Assembly (NCBI GenBank): GCA_046338525.1
Contig: JBKDWF010000057.1
Span: 1 to 53,586 of the forward strand
Origin: Holosporales bacterium
Lineage (GTDB): Bacteria; Pseudomonadota; Alphaproteobacteria; JAJTHO01
Direction of reading: 5' to 3'
DNA length: 53,586 nucleotides
A program made the position numbers and the translations under genes. A model generated the notes under the pieces. That model did no database searches and was not told the DNA's origin. It worked only from the letters and a program-made list of their open reading frames with translations. Positions 29,167 to 39,029 of the stretch are shown here, piece by piece. Each line of letters starts with the position of its first letter. Position 1 is the first letter of the stretch.

Positions 29167-31157
29167 GCACACTCGATCAATTTCGCGCAATCTATATTAC
29201 CGAATGTCATGAGCTTTTGAGTGAAATGGAAACTCTCCTGCTCAACCTCGACAGCCGCCACGCCGACACCGAACAACTTAATGCGATTTTCCGCTGTGCC
29301 CATTCTATCAAAGGTGGCTCTGGGGCTTTTGGCCTGCATTACATCACTCATTTCACCCATGCCTTAGAGGCTCTGCTGGACGCAATGCGGGCAGGCACCA
29401 TCCCCGCCACCACCGAAGTGGTAGACGCCCTTTTGGAATCCGTCGATGTCGTGGCAAAAATGGTACATATAGCCGAACACAACGAGACTCCGCCGCCTGG
29501 TCTTGGCGATATTCTGCTCACTAAACTGGAAAAACTTCTAGGCCGACACACTGAAAAGCCCGCCATACTGGAAACAGCATACGGTCTTTTCGACAAGCCC
29601 CCGTCGCAGGGGGGCCTCTATACTATCGATTTTATCCCCCATGAAACGCTTTTCTTCAGTGGCAACGAACCTCTCCTGATTTTGCGGGAACTAAAAGTAT
29701 TAGGCGAAACCAAAATTCAAGCAATTACCAATCGTCTGCCACTTCTATCCGATTTAGAACCAACCAAATGCTATCTTGGCTGGTCTATCCAACTATATAC
29801 CAATGCAACGGAAACAAAAGTCCGAGAAGTCTTTGAATTTGTTAACGATCATTGCACGTTAGATATTAATTTTAAAGAGATTAATCAATGCACTAATGCC
29901 GGTACGCAGTCTGCTTCTGCCCAATCTTCATCTGAAAAATCTTCTGCTACCACGGCTAGCATCACATCTATCCGTGTCGATTTAGAAAAAGTCGATCGTC
30001 TAATAAATATGGTGGGGGAACTTGTTATCACCGAAGCCATGCTACGCGCCCAAGCAAAACTGCTCCCCAGTGAAAAGTTCACCGAACTGATGCGCGGTAT
30101 TGAGGAACTAAGCCAACACACCAGAGAAATCCAAGAAGCCGTTATGGCTGTGCGAATGCAACCGGTAAAATCCATTTTTGCCCGTATCCCCCGCATTGTC
30201 CGTGATCTCTCAACGCAACTAGGCAAGGATGTTCGTTTACTTACCAGCGGCGAAAATACCGAGGTTGACAAAACCATCATCGAGCAGCTCGCCGATCCTT
30301 TCAATCATATGATTCGCAATGCTGTAGACCACGGTATTGAACACCCCGCCGATCGCCTAGCTTGTGGTAAACCAGCCCAAGGCACCATTAGTCTTGCAGC
30401 CTTTCACCGAGGGGGTCAAATCATCATTGAAGTCAGCGACGATGGCGGCGGCATTAACCGCGAAAAAGTCTTACAAAAAGCCAAGGAAAAAGGCCTTATC
30501 GCCACCGATGCAGTGTTAAACAATGACGAGTGCGACCAGCTCATTTTTCTGCCAGGTTTTTCTACAGCCGAACAAGTGTCCAACGTCTCAGGGCGCGGCG
30601 TTGGCATGGACGTAGTACGTCGTAATATCGAAGCCTTAGGCGGAACAGTACAAGTTGCCAACCGTCCCGGCACTGGGGCTACCTTTACCGTCTCTTTGCC
30701 GCTCACCCTAGCCATTCTCGACGGCATGATCGTCCGCGTCGGAATGGAGCATTATATCATTCCCATTACCAGCATTATCGAAAGCCTGCGTCCCAAACCT
30801 GAAGACGTACGTCGCCTCGACGGCTACAGCGATGTTATTAATGTACGGGGCGCCTTCATCCCGGTGCTTTACCTCCACCAAATATTCACCATTCCCAATG
30901 CCTGTCTTGCATCCCACAAAAGCCTGGTGGTTTTAGTGGATGCTGGCGGTGAGACCATCGGCCTAGTGGTTGATGAACTCCTAGGCCAGCAACAGGTGGT
31001 TATCAAAAGTCTAGAAGCTAACGCCGACCCCGTACCCGGCATTTCTGGTGCCACGATTCTAGGCGACGGCAGAGTATCCCTCATTCTTGACATTAACAGC
31101 TTACGCCGCCTAGGCCGCCCCCAAAGCCTAACTATGTCGCAACCCAGAGCAGCATAA
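29163..31157 (+). CDS. cheA: Chemotaxis histidine kinase
   Basis: Hpt FRCAHSIKGG, IRVDLEKVD, HMIRNAVDHG, SGRGVGMDVV and a C-terminal CheW-like domain; ATGA overlap with cheY. Confidence 0.96.
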   Translation: MSTLDQFRAIYITECHELLSEMETLLLNLDSRHADTEQLNAIFRCAHSIKGGSGAFGLHYITHFTHALEALLDAMRAGTIPATTEVVDALLESVDVVAKMVHIAEHNETPPPGLGDILLTKLEKLLGRHTEKPAILETAYGLFDKPPSQGGLYTIDFIPHETLFFSGNEPLLILRELKVLGETKIQAITNRLPLLSDLEPTKCYLGWSIQLYTNATETKVREVFEFVNDHCTLDINFKEINQCTNAGTQSASAQSSSEKSSATTASITSIRVDLEKVDRLINMVGELVITEAMLRAQAKLLPSEKFTELMRGIEELSQHTREIQEAVMAVRMQPVKSIFARIPRIVRDLSTQLGKDVRLLTSGENTEVDKTIIEQLADPFNHMIRNAVDHGIEHPADRLACGKPAQGTISLAAFHRGGQIIIEVSDDGGGINREKVLQKAKEKGLIATDAVLNNDECDQLIFLPGFSTAEQVSNVSGRGVGMDVVRRNIEALGGTVQVANRPGTGATFTVSLPLTLAILDGMIVRVGMEHYIIPITSIIESLRPKPEDVRRLDGYSDVINVRGAFIPVLYLHQIFTIPNACLASHKSLVVLVDAGGETIGLVVDELLGQQQVVIKSLEANADPVPGISGATILGDGRVSLILDINSLRRLGRPQSLTMSQPRAA

Positions 31158-31169
31158 AGGATCCTCATC

Positions 31170-31664
31170 ATGACAGAAAACATTGAAATACAAAAATCTT
31201 CAACACCACAACAAATTCTCACTTTCACCGTGGCCAATGAAGAATACGGTGTAGACATTATGGCCGTCAGAGAAATTAAGGGCTGGACTGAAGCCACTCG
31301 CCTGCCCAATACACAGCCCTACATGCGCGGGGTTATCAACCTGCGCGGTCTGATTATTCCCATTTTTGATGTCAAGGCTAGGCTTGGGGGTGAACTCACC
31401 CATGCCACGCCCAAGCATGTCGTGATTATTCTCGCCGTAGGGGCACGCAATGTAGGCCTGCTGGTGGATGCCGTCTCGGACATCCTCGATGTAAACAGCG
31501 ATCAAATTAAAGCCGCCCCTACCGGCGAAGAACAAACCACCGAAGATTATGTTACCGGCCTTATTTCCCTAGAAAATCGCATGGTAGTTTTAATGGATGT
31601 TGGGCGCCTTCTGCACAAGGAGCCTGCCCTTGCCCATATCGATACTCTTGAAGACGTTGCGTAG
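31170..31664 (+). CDS. cheW: Chemotaxis coupling protein
   Basis: EEYGVDIMAVREI, GVINLRG and GLLVDAVSD. Confidence 0.95.
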   Translation: MTENIEIQKSSTPQQILTFTVANEEYGVDIMAVREIKGWTEATRLPNTQPYMRGVINLRGLIIPIFDVKARLGGELTHATPKHVVIILAVGARNVGLLVDAVSDILDVNSDQIKAAPTGEEQTTEDYVTGLISLENRMVVLMDVGRLLHKEPALAHIDTLEDVA

Positions 31665-31672
31665 GAGGTATC

Positions 31673-32497
31673 GTGTCTCAAGCTGACTTACACCGCGAGT
31701 TTGCTTTTGGTGCGAGTGAATTTGCAACACTGGCAACAATGGTGAACAGTCTGACAGGGATAGTTCTAGCCGAACATAAGCGCGACATGGTCTATTCTCG
31801 CCTAGCCCGCCGGGTGCGGGCACTCAAAATGCGTTCATTTACCGAGTATTGCAATTTTTTAGAAAACGATACAGAGCAAACAGAAATCAGCAATCTTATC
31901 AATGCAATTACCACCAACCTGACGAGTTTTTTTCGGGAAGAACACCATTTTTATCACCTGCGCGATGTTGTACTACCTGCTATCGCCCAGAAAAACACTA
32001 GGCACGTGCGCCTTTGGTCTGCCGCCTGTTCCGCCGGAATGGAGGCCTATTCTATGGCCATGGTGGTTCACCAACACTTACCAAACATCGGGCAATGGGA
32101 TGCCAAAATCCTTGCCACAGATATTGATACCAACATGCTAGAAATAGGACGAGCTGGGCGTTATCCTTCGACCGAGAAAGAAAAAATTCCAGCTACGTAT
32201 CATTCATACTTAAAAGAAGAACATAACACCCTGCACATGAGTCGTTTATTGCAGGAATTAATTAGCTTCAAACATCTCAACCTACTAGGCGAATGGCCGA
32301 TGCGTGGCCAGTTTGATGTTGTGTTCTGTCGCAATGTTGTCATCTATTTTGACAAACCCACACAGGTGAAATTGTTTAATCACATTGCCGACATACTGCG
32401 TCCCAACGGTTGGCTGTATATCGGGCATTCCGAAAGCATTGCTAAGACCAATCCTCAGTTTCGCCTTATGGGGCGAACCATTTATCAAAAAGTCTAG
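31673..32497 (+). CDS. cheR: Chemoreceptor methyltransferase
   Basis: TTNLTSFFREEHHF, WSAACSAGME.YS, FCRNVVIYFD and GHSES. Confidence 0.95.
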   Translation: MSQADLHREFAFGASEFATLATMVNSLTGIVLAEHKRDMVYSRLARRVRALKMRSFTEYCNFLENDTEQTEISNLINAITTNLTSFFREEHHFYHLRDVVLPAIAQKNTRHVRLWSAACSAGMEAYSMAMVVHQHLPNIGQWDAKILATDIDTNMLEIGRAGRYPSTEKEKIPATYHSYLKEEHNTLHMSRLLQELISFKHLNLLGEWPMRGQFDVVFCRNVVIYFDKPTQVKLFNHIADILRPNGWLYIGHSESIAKTNPQFRLMGRTIYQKV

Positions 32498-32500
32498 GGC

Positions 32501-33088
32501 ATGGTAATGACTCAACCCCTGCCCCCCATAAAACAGCCAAACGTCATTAAAATTATTAGCGGCGAATGGCATGTTTGCACCCAGCCTGGGGAAATGCTGA
32601 TGACCATCCTTGGCTCTTGCATTGCCGCCTGCATCCGAGACCCATTTTGCCGCATCGGCGGCATGAACCACTTTCTCCTTCCAGGAGAAGAAGAAAGTGA
32701 CAGCAAAGTTAGCGAATCGGCTCGCTACGGCGTCTTTGCCATGGAAAGCCTTATCAACGGGATTCTGACAGCAGGCGGATGTAGGAACAGGCTTGAAATC
32801 AAGGTTTTTGGTGGCGGAAACGTCCTTCGCAACAGTACCCGCATCGGTTCAAAAAATGCCTCCTTCATCCGCCAATTTCTCGCCAAGGAAGGGTACACCA
32901 TAACCCGTGAAGATATGGAAGGTGACACCCCGCGCAAGGTTCACTATTATCCCGACACTGGCAAAGTCATGCTTCGCCGCCTTCCCTCAACCACCGATAT
33001 CGAAGTGGCCAAAGAATTACAGGATGAGGAACGCTATCGTCGTGCCCTCCTACATAAGCCAGTCGTTGGCAACATTGATCTGTTTTGA
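32501..33088 (+). CDS. cheD: Chemoreceptor glutamine deamidase
   Basis: TILGSCIAAC, GGMNHFLLP and KVFGGG. Confidence 0.94.
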   Translation: MVMTQPLPPIKQPNVIKIISGEWHVCTQPGEMLMTILGSCIAACIRDPFCRIGGMNHFLLPGEEESDSKVSESARYGVFAMESLINGILTAGGCRNRLEIKVFGGGNVLRNSTRIGSKNASFIRQFLAKEGYTITREDMEGDTPRKVHYYPDTGKVMLRRLPSTTDIEVAKELQDEERYRRALLHKPVVGNIDLF

Positions 33089-33095
33089 GGGGGCT

Positions 33096-34163
33096 ATGAA
33101 AAAAATTCGCGTCCTTATCGTTGATGATTCCGCCCTGATACGGGAGATATTCAAAGAAATTCTCAGCGCGGACGAAAGCATTGATGTTGTTGGCACCGCC
33201 GTCGATCCTATCGATGCGCGGGAAAAAATAAAGCAGTTAAACCCCGATGTCCTGACCTTAGATATCGAAATGCCAAAAATGGACGGGATATCCTTTTTAG
33301 AAAAAATCATGAGCCTACGCCCCATGCCGGTGGTTATGGCCTCCTCACTCACCCAAAAAGGTGCAGAGATGACTATTCGCGCCCTTGAATTGGGCGCTTT
33401 CGATACCATTGCAAAACCAGCCCACAATCAAACACGCGAAACCTTGGCCGTTCTAGGCGAGGAACTCATCAGCAAAGTCAAGGCCGCCGCAATTGCCAAC
33501 GTCCGCCGTCAAAAGATAGATAGTGGCCAGTACCACCCCCTGTCGTTCAACCCTTCTTCTAATGCACAAAATAGCCTTATTGCCATCGGGGCATCCACCG
33601 GTGGTGTTGAAGCGTTGCGCGATGTCCTTATCAACTTGCCGAAAAACACACCGCCAGTGGTCATTGTTCAACATATGCCGGCGCAATTTACACCATCATT
33701 TGCTGCTAGACTAGAAAGCCTTTGCACTATCAACGTCAAGGAAGCCGCCAACCACGACCGCCTTAGCCCTGGCCATGCTTATCTAGCACCAGGTGGCCGG
33801 CACCTACAGATTAAAAAAATAGGCCAAGATTTTGTCTGCAAAATCGACGATGGTGAAAAAGTTTCCGGCCATAAACCGTCCGTCGATGTGTTATTTAACT
33901 CTGTGGCCAGTGCCGCTGGGGCAAAGGCTGTTGGCGTTATCATGACCGGCATGGGACGTGATGGTGCTGATGGTCTTTTAGAAATGCGTAATAACGGTGC
34001 TTATACCATTGGCCAGAATGCAGCAAGCTGCGTTGTCTATGGCATGCCCCAAGCAGCAGCAAAACTTCATGCCGTCACCCTTGAAGTGCCTCTATCGAAT
34101 ATTGCAAAAACTATTCTACAACATTTTGAAAACAAAATATCTGGAGGTAGGCATGACTCATAA
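33096..34163 (+). CDS. cheB: Chemotaxis methylesterase response regulator
   Basis: REC domain plus [20 protein letters not shown] and TGMGRDGA; ATG 33096. Confidence 0.96.
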   Translation: MKKIRVLIVDDSALIREIFKEILSADESIDVVGTAVDPIDAREKIKQLNPDVLTLDIEMPKMDGISFLEKIMSLRPMPVVMASSLTQKGAEMTIRALELGAFDTIAKPAHNQTRETLAVLGEELISKVKAAAIANVRRQKIDSGQYHPLSFNPSSNAQNSLIAIGASTGGVEALRDVLINLPKNTPPVVIVQHMPAQFTPSFAARLESLCTINVKEAANHDRLSPGHAYLAPGGRHLQIKKIGQDFVCKIDDGEKVSGHKPSVDVLFNSVASAAGAKAVGVIMTGMGRDGADGLLEMRNNGAYTIGQNAASCVVYGMPQAAAKLHAVTLEVPLSNIAKTILQHFENKISGGRHDS

Positions 34164-35226
34164 TATTCATGCAGCCGAAGTTTTATCGCTACTTGCTGCT
34201 AATGGTCTTGCCTTAAAGGTTCTTTCTAACGCATTGCCTGAAAATGCCCATAGCGTAGAATACGCCGCTATTGACCTCACTGACCGCTTTAAAACCCTAG
34301 CAAAGGCAGCTTTACAACAATCTTCCCACTTAAAATGGATTCTTGAAGGCAGCAGCACCGTCAACGTTGACGGCACAATGATCCCCTTCAAACAATTCAT
34401 TGATGAATTTTTACAAGCAGTCAATGATTCGGTTGAAAAGCTGCTCATGGTTTCACAACGCTCGCTTTCTATTGTATACAATCTTAGTGATGCCATTGAA
34501 CATCTTGCAGAAATAGAAAAATTCTCCAAGGTTATTCAAACTATTACCCACAAAACAAATATCCTAGCCCTCAACGCCACTATTGAAGCAGTCCGAGCCG
34601 GGCAAGCCGGAAAAGGCTTTGCCGTCGTTGCCGCCGAAGTAAAATCCATTTCAAAACAAATATCAACGCTTTCCAGTGAAATGAGCAGCCGCGCCAGAGC
34701 GGTCACCAAAAGCGTCACCGAGGGCTTTAGCGTTCTTCAAGAAATTGCCAGCACCGACATGAACAGCAACATGCTGGCCAAAGACAGCCTAGAACGCCTC
34801 ATGCAAGGCATCGTCAAACAAAACCAAGATAACGCCGAAGCGATGCAAGTATCCATCACCACCTCACAAAAAATCGCCGAATCCATCCAAGCCATGATTG
34901 TCGATTTGCAGTTCCAAGATCGCAACACCCAAGTAGCCGAAAACGCCTGCACTATCTTAGAACAATGCGTCGGCCTGCTAAACCAAGCAGAACAAAAAAT
35001 TGATTCCAACCCCACGCCATCTCTTGATACACAAGCCCTGAGCGACGCAACGCACTCTATTATTTCTGGCATCAAGCTCGGTGCCATGCGGCAACAAGTT
35101 ATGATGGCCATCCGTGATCGCGCCGAACATCACGGCATCGATCCTGCAAGCCTAAACCTCGCTATTGATGAAAAAAATACCAATATAAGTCCAACCAAAC
35201 CCGGCGACGATATAGAACTTTTTTAA
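34153..35226 (+). CDS. Soluble truncated chemoreceptor (McpA-like)
   Basis: No TM segment, hairpin tip [28 protein letters not shown] motif and tail GDDIELF; ATG 34153 with RBS GGAGG. Confidence 0.8.
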   Translation: MTHNIHAAEVLSLLAANGLALKVLSNALPENAHSVEYAAIDLTDRFKTLAKAALQQSSHLKWILEGSSTVNVDGTMIPFKQFIDEFLQAVNDSVEKLLMVSQRSLSIVYNLSDAIEHLAEIEKFSKVIQTITHKTNILALNATIEAVRAGQAGKGFAVVAAEVKSISKQISTLSSEMSSRARAVTKSVTEGFSVLQEIASTDMNSNMLAKDSLERLMQGIVKQNQDNAEAMQVSITTSQKIAESIQAMIVDLQFQDRNTQVAENACTILEQCVGLLNQAEQKIDSNPTPSLDTQALSDATHSIISGIKLGAMRQQVMMAIRDRAEHHGIDPASLNLAIDEKNTNISPTKPGDDIELF

Positions 35227-35237
35227 GGAAAAAACCC

Positions 35238-35540
35238 ATGCCCATCCGTAAACACATCCAACATTCAACCTTAGAAGTCTTTTTAGAAGGTGATTTTAAT
35301 TTCAATGATAACAAAGAATTCCGCACTATTCTTGAGGCCATAAAACAATCTCATATTACCTATGTACGCTTTACCCTCGAAGGACTACACACCGTTGATT
35401 CCGCTGCGTTGGGTATGCTCATCATGGCACGAGATGCAGCAATCTCCGTTCACAAGAAAATTGGCTTACGCGGCGCTCAAGGCCAAGTCAAAAAAATGAT
35501 CGAACTCGCTCGCCTACATACCTTATTTGAAAATGATTAA
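35238..35540 (+). CDS. STAS anti-anti-sigma-type protein
   Basis: GDFNF and the phosphoacceptor motif VDSAALGML. Confidence 0.85.
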   Translation: MPIRKHIQHSTLEVFLEGDFNFNDNKEFRTILEAIKQSHITYVRFTLEGLHTVDSAALGMLIMARDAAISVHKKIGLRGAQGQVKKMIELARLHTLFEND

Positions 35541-36433
35541 TGATGAACGCTACCATCCTCGCCGTTGACGATGAACCCTTTAATTTAGATATTCTCAAAG
35601 AATATTTAGAAGAAGAAGGGCATACCGTCATCACCGCAACCAACGGCCAAGAAGCCCTAAACGCCCTACAATCCCACCGAAAAGTTGACCTCATTATCCT
35701 TGATCGAATGATGCCTATTATGAACGGTATGGAAGTCATCGAACGCGTAAAAGCCGATCCGATTTTTAAAGATATTCCCATCATCATGCAAACGGCTGCC
35801 AGCAACAACGAGCAAATTCTGCAAGGGATCAAGGCCGGGGTCTATTACTATCTAACAAAACCTTACCAGCGCGACATGCTTATGGGGATTGTACATGCAG
35901 TGCTCAAAGAAATCGACGGCCGTAGAGAACGCCATTTAGAATTTAACAAAAATTTCAGTGCCGGACGCCTTATGCAATCGGGGCAGTTTCATTTTCGCAC
36001 CCTTGAAGATGCCCGAAACCTCGCATACTTTATTGCTAGCTGCTTCCCAAATCCTGAAAACACCGCTTATGGGATTAGTGAGCTTCTCATCAACGCCATT
36101 GAGCACGGTAACCTTGGCATTACCTATGCGGAAAAAACGCGTCTTCTCCTTAACAACACTTGGCAACCGGAAATCGAGCAACGCTTAAAACATCCTGATT
36201 ATAAAAATCTTTTTGGTACATTGTCTTTTAATATTCAAAACAAAGAGATTGTTTTGAATATCAAAGACCAAGGCAAGGGCTTTGACTGGGAAAAATATCT
36301 AGAAATTGATCCCTCCCGCATCAACGATATCCATGGACGCGGCATTGCCGGAGCCAAGGCTCTGTCTTTTACCTCATTAACCTACAAAGGCCTTGGCAAC
36401 GAAGTGGAGTGCCGGGTCAAACTGCCAGAATAG
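35540..36433 (+). CDS. Response regulator: REC fused to RsbW-like HATPase domain
   Basis: VDDE, LDRMMP and KPY in the REC; ELLINAIEHG, DQGKGFD and HGRGI in the ATPase. Confidence 0.85.
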   Translation: MMNATILAVDDEPFNLDILKEYLEEEGHTVITATNGQEALNALQSHRKVDLIILDRMMPIMNGMEVIERVKADPIFKDIPIIMQTAASNNEQILQGIKAGVYYYLTKPYQRDMLMGIVHAVLKEIDGRRERHLEFNKNFSAGRLMQSGQFHFRTLEDARNLAYFIASCFPNPENTAYGISELLINAIEHGNLGITYAEKTRLLLNNTWQPEIEQRLKHPDYKNLFGTLSFNIQNKEIVLNIKDQGKGFDWEKYLEIDPSRINDIHGRGIAGAKALSFTSLTYKGLGNEVECRVKLPE

Positions 36434-36441
36434 AAGGTTTT

Positions 36442-36621
36442 ATGCGTTTATTATTCTTCTTTTTCATCATCTGCTTTTTGAGCGGTCGAAGTGCAGCCGC
36501 AGCCCCTTGCCACAAGAAACAATACAGCCACGCCCAAAACGATTGTTGCCGCCTTAAAAATATTTTAGAGGGGAATCTTCATGTGCGGGCGGTATATAAT
36601 CTTACCGATTGGAACCCATAA
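36442..36621 (+). CDS. Short ORF with signal-peptide-like N-terminus (59 aa), possibly a remnant
   Basis: RBS-like GAAGG before ATG and MRLLFFFFIICFLSGRSAAA; in the same frame as the downstream kinase. Confidence 0.35.
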   Translation: MRLLFFFFIICFLSGRSAAAAPCHKKQYSHAQNDCCRLKNILEGNLHVRAVYNLTDWNP

Positions 36622-36678
36622 ACTATACACCGCTTACCCACCCTGTATCGACAGATTAAATGGCGCGATTCCTTAATC

Positions 36679-38190
36679 TTGCGCTCTGTTTTAATCATGT
36701 TATTTTTTTCAACGATCATCATCAGCAGCAGTGGTGCCTTTTATATTTACACGCGCCAACTCGACATCGAAAACGATAGCAACAATCGCCAAGAACAATT
36801 GCTCAATTTTATTATCCAACCTTTAAGCCTAGCCTTATGGAACTTGAACCTCCCACAAATTGATGAACTTGTTGCCCCACTACAACACAACAGCACATAT
36901 TGTGGCTTGCGCGTGCTTGATGCCAATAATTCTGTATTGCGCGAATTAAATGCCCCAAGCACAAGCGCAAAAACCATCCACCATATACCTATTCTTTTCA
37001 GCAATCCCCACATTAAAGCCACTAAACCAGAGCGTATCGGCACCCTTGAACTATGCAGGGATACCAACCTACTGCGTGCCGATCTGCGCCGGGAAGCTTT
37101 CCTCCAAAGTGTTGTCCACGTCATTATTGTGCTCATCATCGTCGGAGGATGCCTTATCAGCATGACCCTGCTAGCGGCACCCTTGCTCGATATTGGGGAA
37201 GTCATGCGGCAACAATCGGCCGGACTTCGCCCCATCACTAACCCTGAACTTCTCAAAAACAACGAAATTGGCATTTTGGGACAAACATTCAATACAATGG
37301 TGCAAGCATTAAGCACCAACCAAGCCGCACTCATCCTCGCCAAGCAAAGAGCCGAAAACGCCAATATTGCCAAAACAGATTTTCTTTCAAATATTTCTCA
37401 TGAACTCCGCACCCCTATGCACGCTATCCTCAATTATACCGATATGGGGCTACGCCATTTGCACAACGACTCCCCCGAAAAACTACAAAAATATTTTACC
37501 AATATCCAGACCGCAGGGGAAAGACTGTTAATTCTCATCAATGACTTGCTTGATCTTTCAAAACTCGAAGCTCAAAAAGTCATCTTAGATATGCAACCCC
37601 TCTATCCCATGGACATTGTCCAGAACGCCATTACCGAAATGGAAGGTTTACTGCGCAGCAAAAATCTAGATTGCAGCAGCTTACACCTCAATATACCGCT
37701 CCCCCATGAAGATTTCCCTCCAACTCTTGCGCCCACCACCCGCACGACGTTTGAACGAAAACATTGCACACCTTTGATGTCCAATGAACATAAAGACACC
37801 ATAAAAATTAATGCTGACCGTGCCCGCCTCGTCCAAGTCTTGGTCAATATCCTGGGTAACGCCGTACGCCACTCTCCTGAGCAGGCTACCATCACCCTTA
37901 GTGCAACAAAGGATAATGAATGGTGGCAACTAAGTATTAGCAATACCGGCAACACTATTCCCGAAAACGAGTTGGAATCTATTTTTGATAAATTTTCCCA
38001 AAGCAGCAAAACCAAAAGCGGTGCTGGCGGCACCGGCCTTGGCCTAGCCATTTGCCGGGAAATCATCCACGCCCATCACGGCATTATCTGGGCCGAAAAC
38101 AACCCCGATGGCAATGGGGTCACCTTTTACATAGCCTTGCCTATTGCGACGACGACCCCGACGTCTCAAATAGTGCCTGATGCTTCTTAA
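36679..38190 (+). CDS. Membrane sensor histidine kinase (TM-TM-HAMP-HisKA-HATPase)
   Basis: FLSNISHELRTPM, QVLVNILGNAVRH and GGTGLGLAIC. The start is uncertain; the 3' end overlaps the convergent J-domain gene by 50 bp. Confidence 0.9.
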   Translation: MRSVLIMLFFSTIIISSSGAFYIYTRQLDIENDSNNRQEQLLNFIIQPLSLALWNLNLPQIDELVAPLQHNSTYCGLRVLDANNSVLRELNAPSTSAKTIHHIPILFSNPHIKATKPERIGTLELCRDTNLLRADLRREAFLQSVVHVIIVLIIVGGCLISMTLLAAPLLDIGEVMRQQSAGLRPITNPELLKNNEIGILGQTFNTMVQALSTNQAALILAKQRAENANIAKTDFLSNISHELRTPMHAILNYTDMGLRHLHNDSPEKLQKYFTNIQTAGERLLILINDLLDLSKLEAQKVILDMQPLYPMDIVQNAITEMEGLLRSKNLDCSSLHLNIPLPHEDFPPTLAPTTRTTFERKHCTPLMSNEHKDTIKINADRARLVQVLVNILGNAVRHSPEQATITLSATKDNEWWQLSISNTGNTIPENELESIFDKFSQSSKTKSGAGGTGLGLAICREIIHAHHGIIWAENNPDGNGVTFYIALPIATTTPTSQIVPDAS

Positions 38191-38695
38191 GCACCGCATA
38201 GGCTTCAGTGATTTTTTTGAGAGCGGTATCGTCTGGTGCCCCCCAATCGGGATGATGCTGTTTCACCAACATCCTGTATCGTTGTTTAATAACAGCAAAA
38301 GTACAACGTCCTTCCAAATCCAGCACTGCTAAAGCCTGCTGTACTTCCCGCACTAAAGGCGGAGGGGGATGATAGCCCGAAGACCTTGCCGCTTTATCAA
38401 ATGCCCGGCCAAAAGGCCAAGAGGGACGCTCCCACGTTGCGGATCGCCGCATGTCTTCCTCAATCTTAGCCGAAGACATCCCAGCGTAGTAATCCCATTT
38501 CTGGTTGTATTCTTGTACATGCTGCAAACAAAACCAGTAATATTCTTGAAGATTGCTTCGACTTCGCGGGGCACGGTGTTCGCCAGCCTCACCGCAGCCA
38601 AGGTGATCGCAATCCCTCTCCTTTGGCTTTTTTCTGTTATAAAAAGCCACATTCAAAACCGCCTCAAACCGACGTTGTCGGCGCATTGACCGCAT
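38141..38695 (-). CDS. J-domain protein (alphaproteobacterial DnaJ-like)
   Basis: N-terminal CDHLGC..GEHRAP..WFCLQHVQEYN and a C-terminal J domain with HHPD. Confidence 0.85.
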   Translation of the reverse strand: MRSMRRQRRFEAVLNVAFYNRKKPKERDCDHLGCGEAGEHRAPRSRSNLQEYYWFCLQHVQEYNQKWDYYAGMSSAKIEEDMRRSATWERPSWPFGRAFDKAARSSGYHPPPPLVREVQQALAVLDLEGRCTFAVIKQRYRMLVKQHHPDWGAPDDTALKKITEAYAVLKKHQALFETSGSSSQ

Positions 38696-38744
38696 ACAGA
38701 CTATTCCTTGAAAATAGTAGCCTCACTCTGATAGAACATCGGTC

Positions 38745-39002
38745 ATGATAACTTCTTTTGACCTTGAAAACAAGCTACGCACTGCTTTCTCCCCAACAAT
38801 CCTCAAAGTTATTGATGATTCAGGTGCCCACGCCGGACACGCCGGGGCACGCCCTGAAGGAGGAAGCCATTTCAAAATTATCTTACGCACACCAGCATTT
38901 GAAGGCCTCTCAAAAATACAGCAACACCAAGCGATATATGCCCTTCTCAAAATAGAAATGGCAGGGGACATCCACGCTTTAGCCCTAGATACGGGCGTTT
39001 AA
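38745..39002 (+). CDS. bolA: BolA-family protein
   Basis: DDSGAHAGHAG, SHFKI, FEGLS and IHALAL. Confidence 0.92.
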   Translation: MITSFDLENKLRTAFSPTILKVIDDSGAHAGHAGARPEGGSHFKIILRTPAFEGLSKIQQHQAIYALLKIEMAGDIHALALDTGV

Positions 39003-39029
39003 CTAATCTGTGGTACGAGAACATACTTA

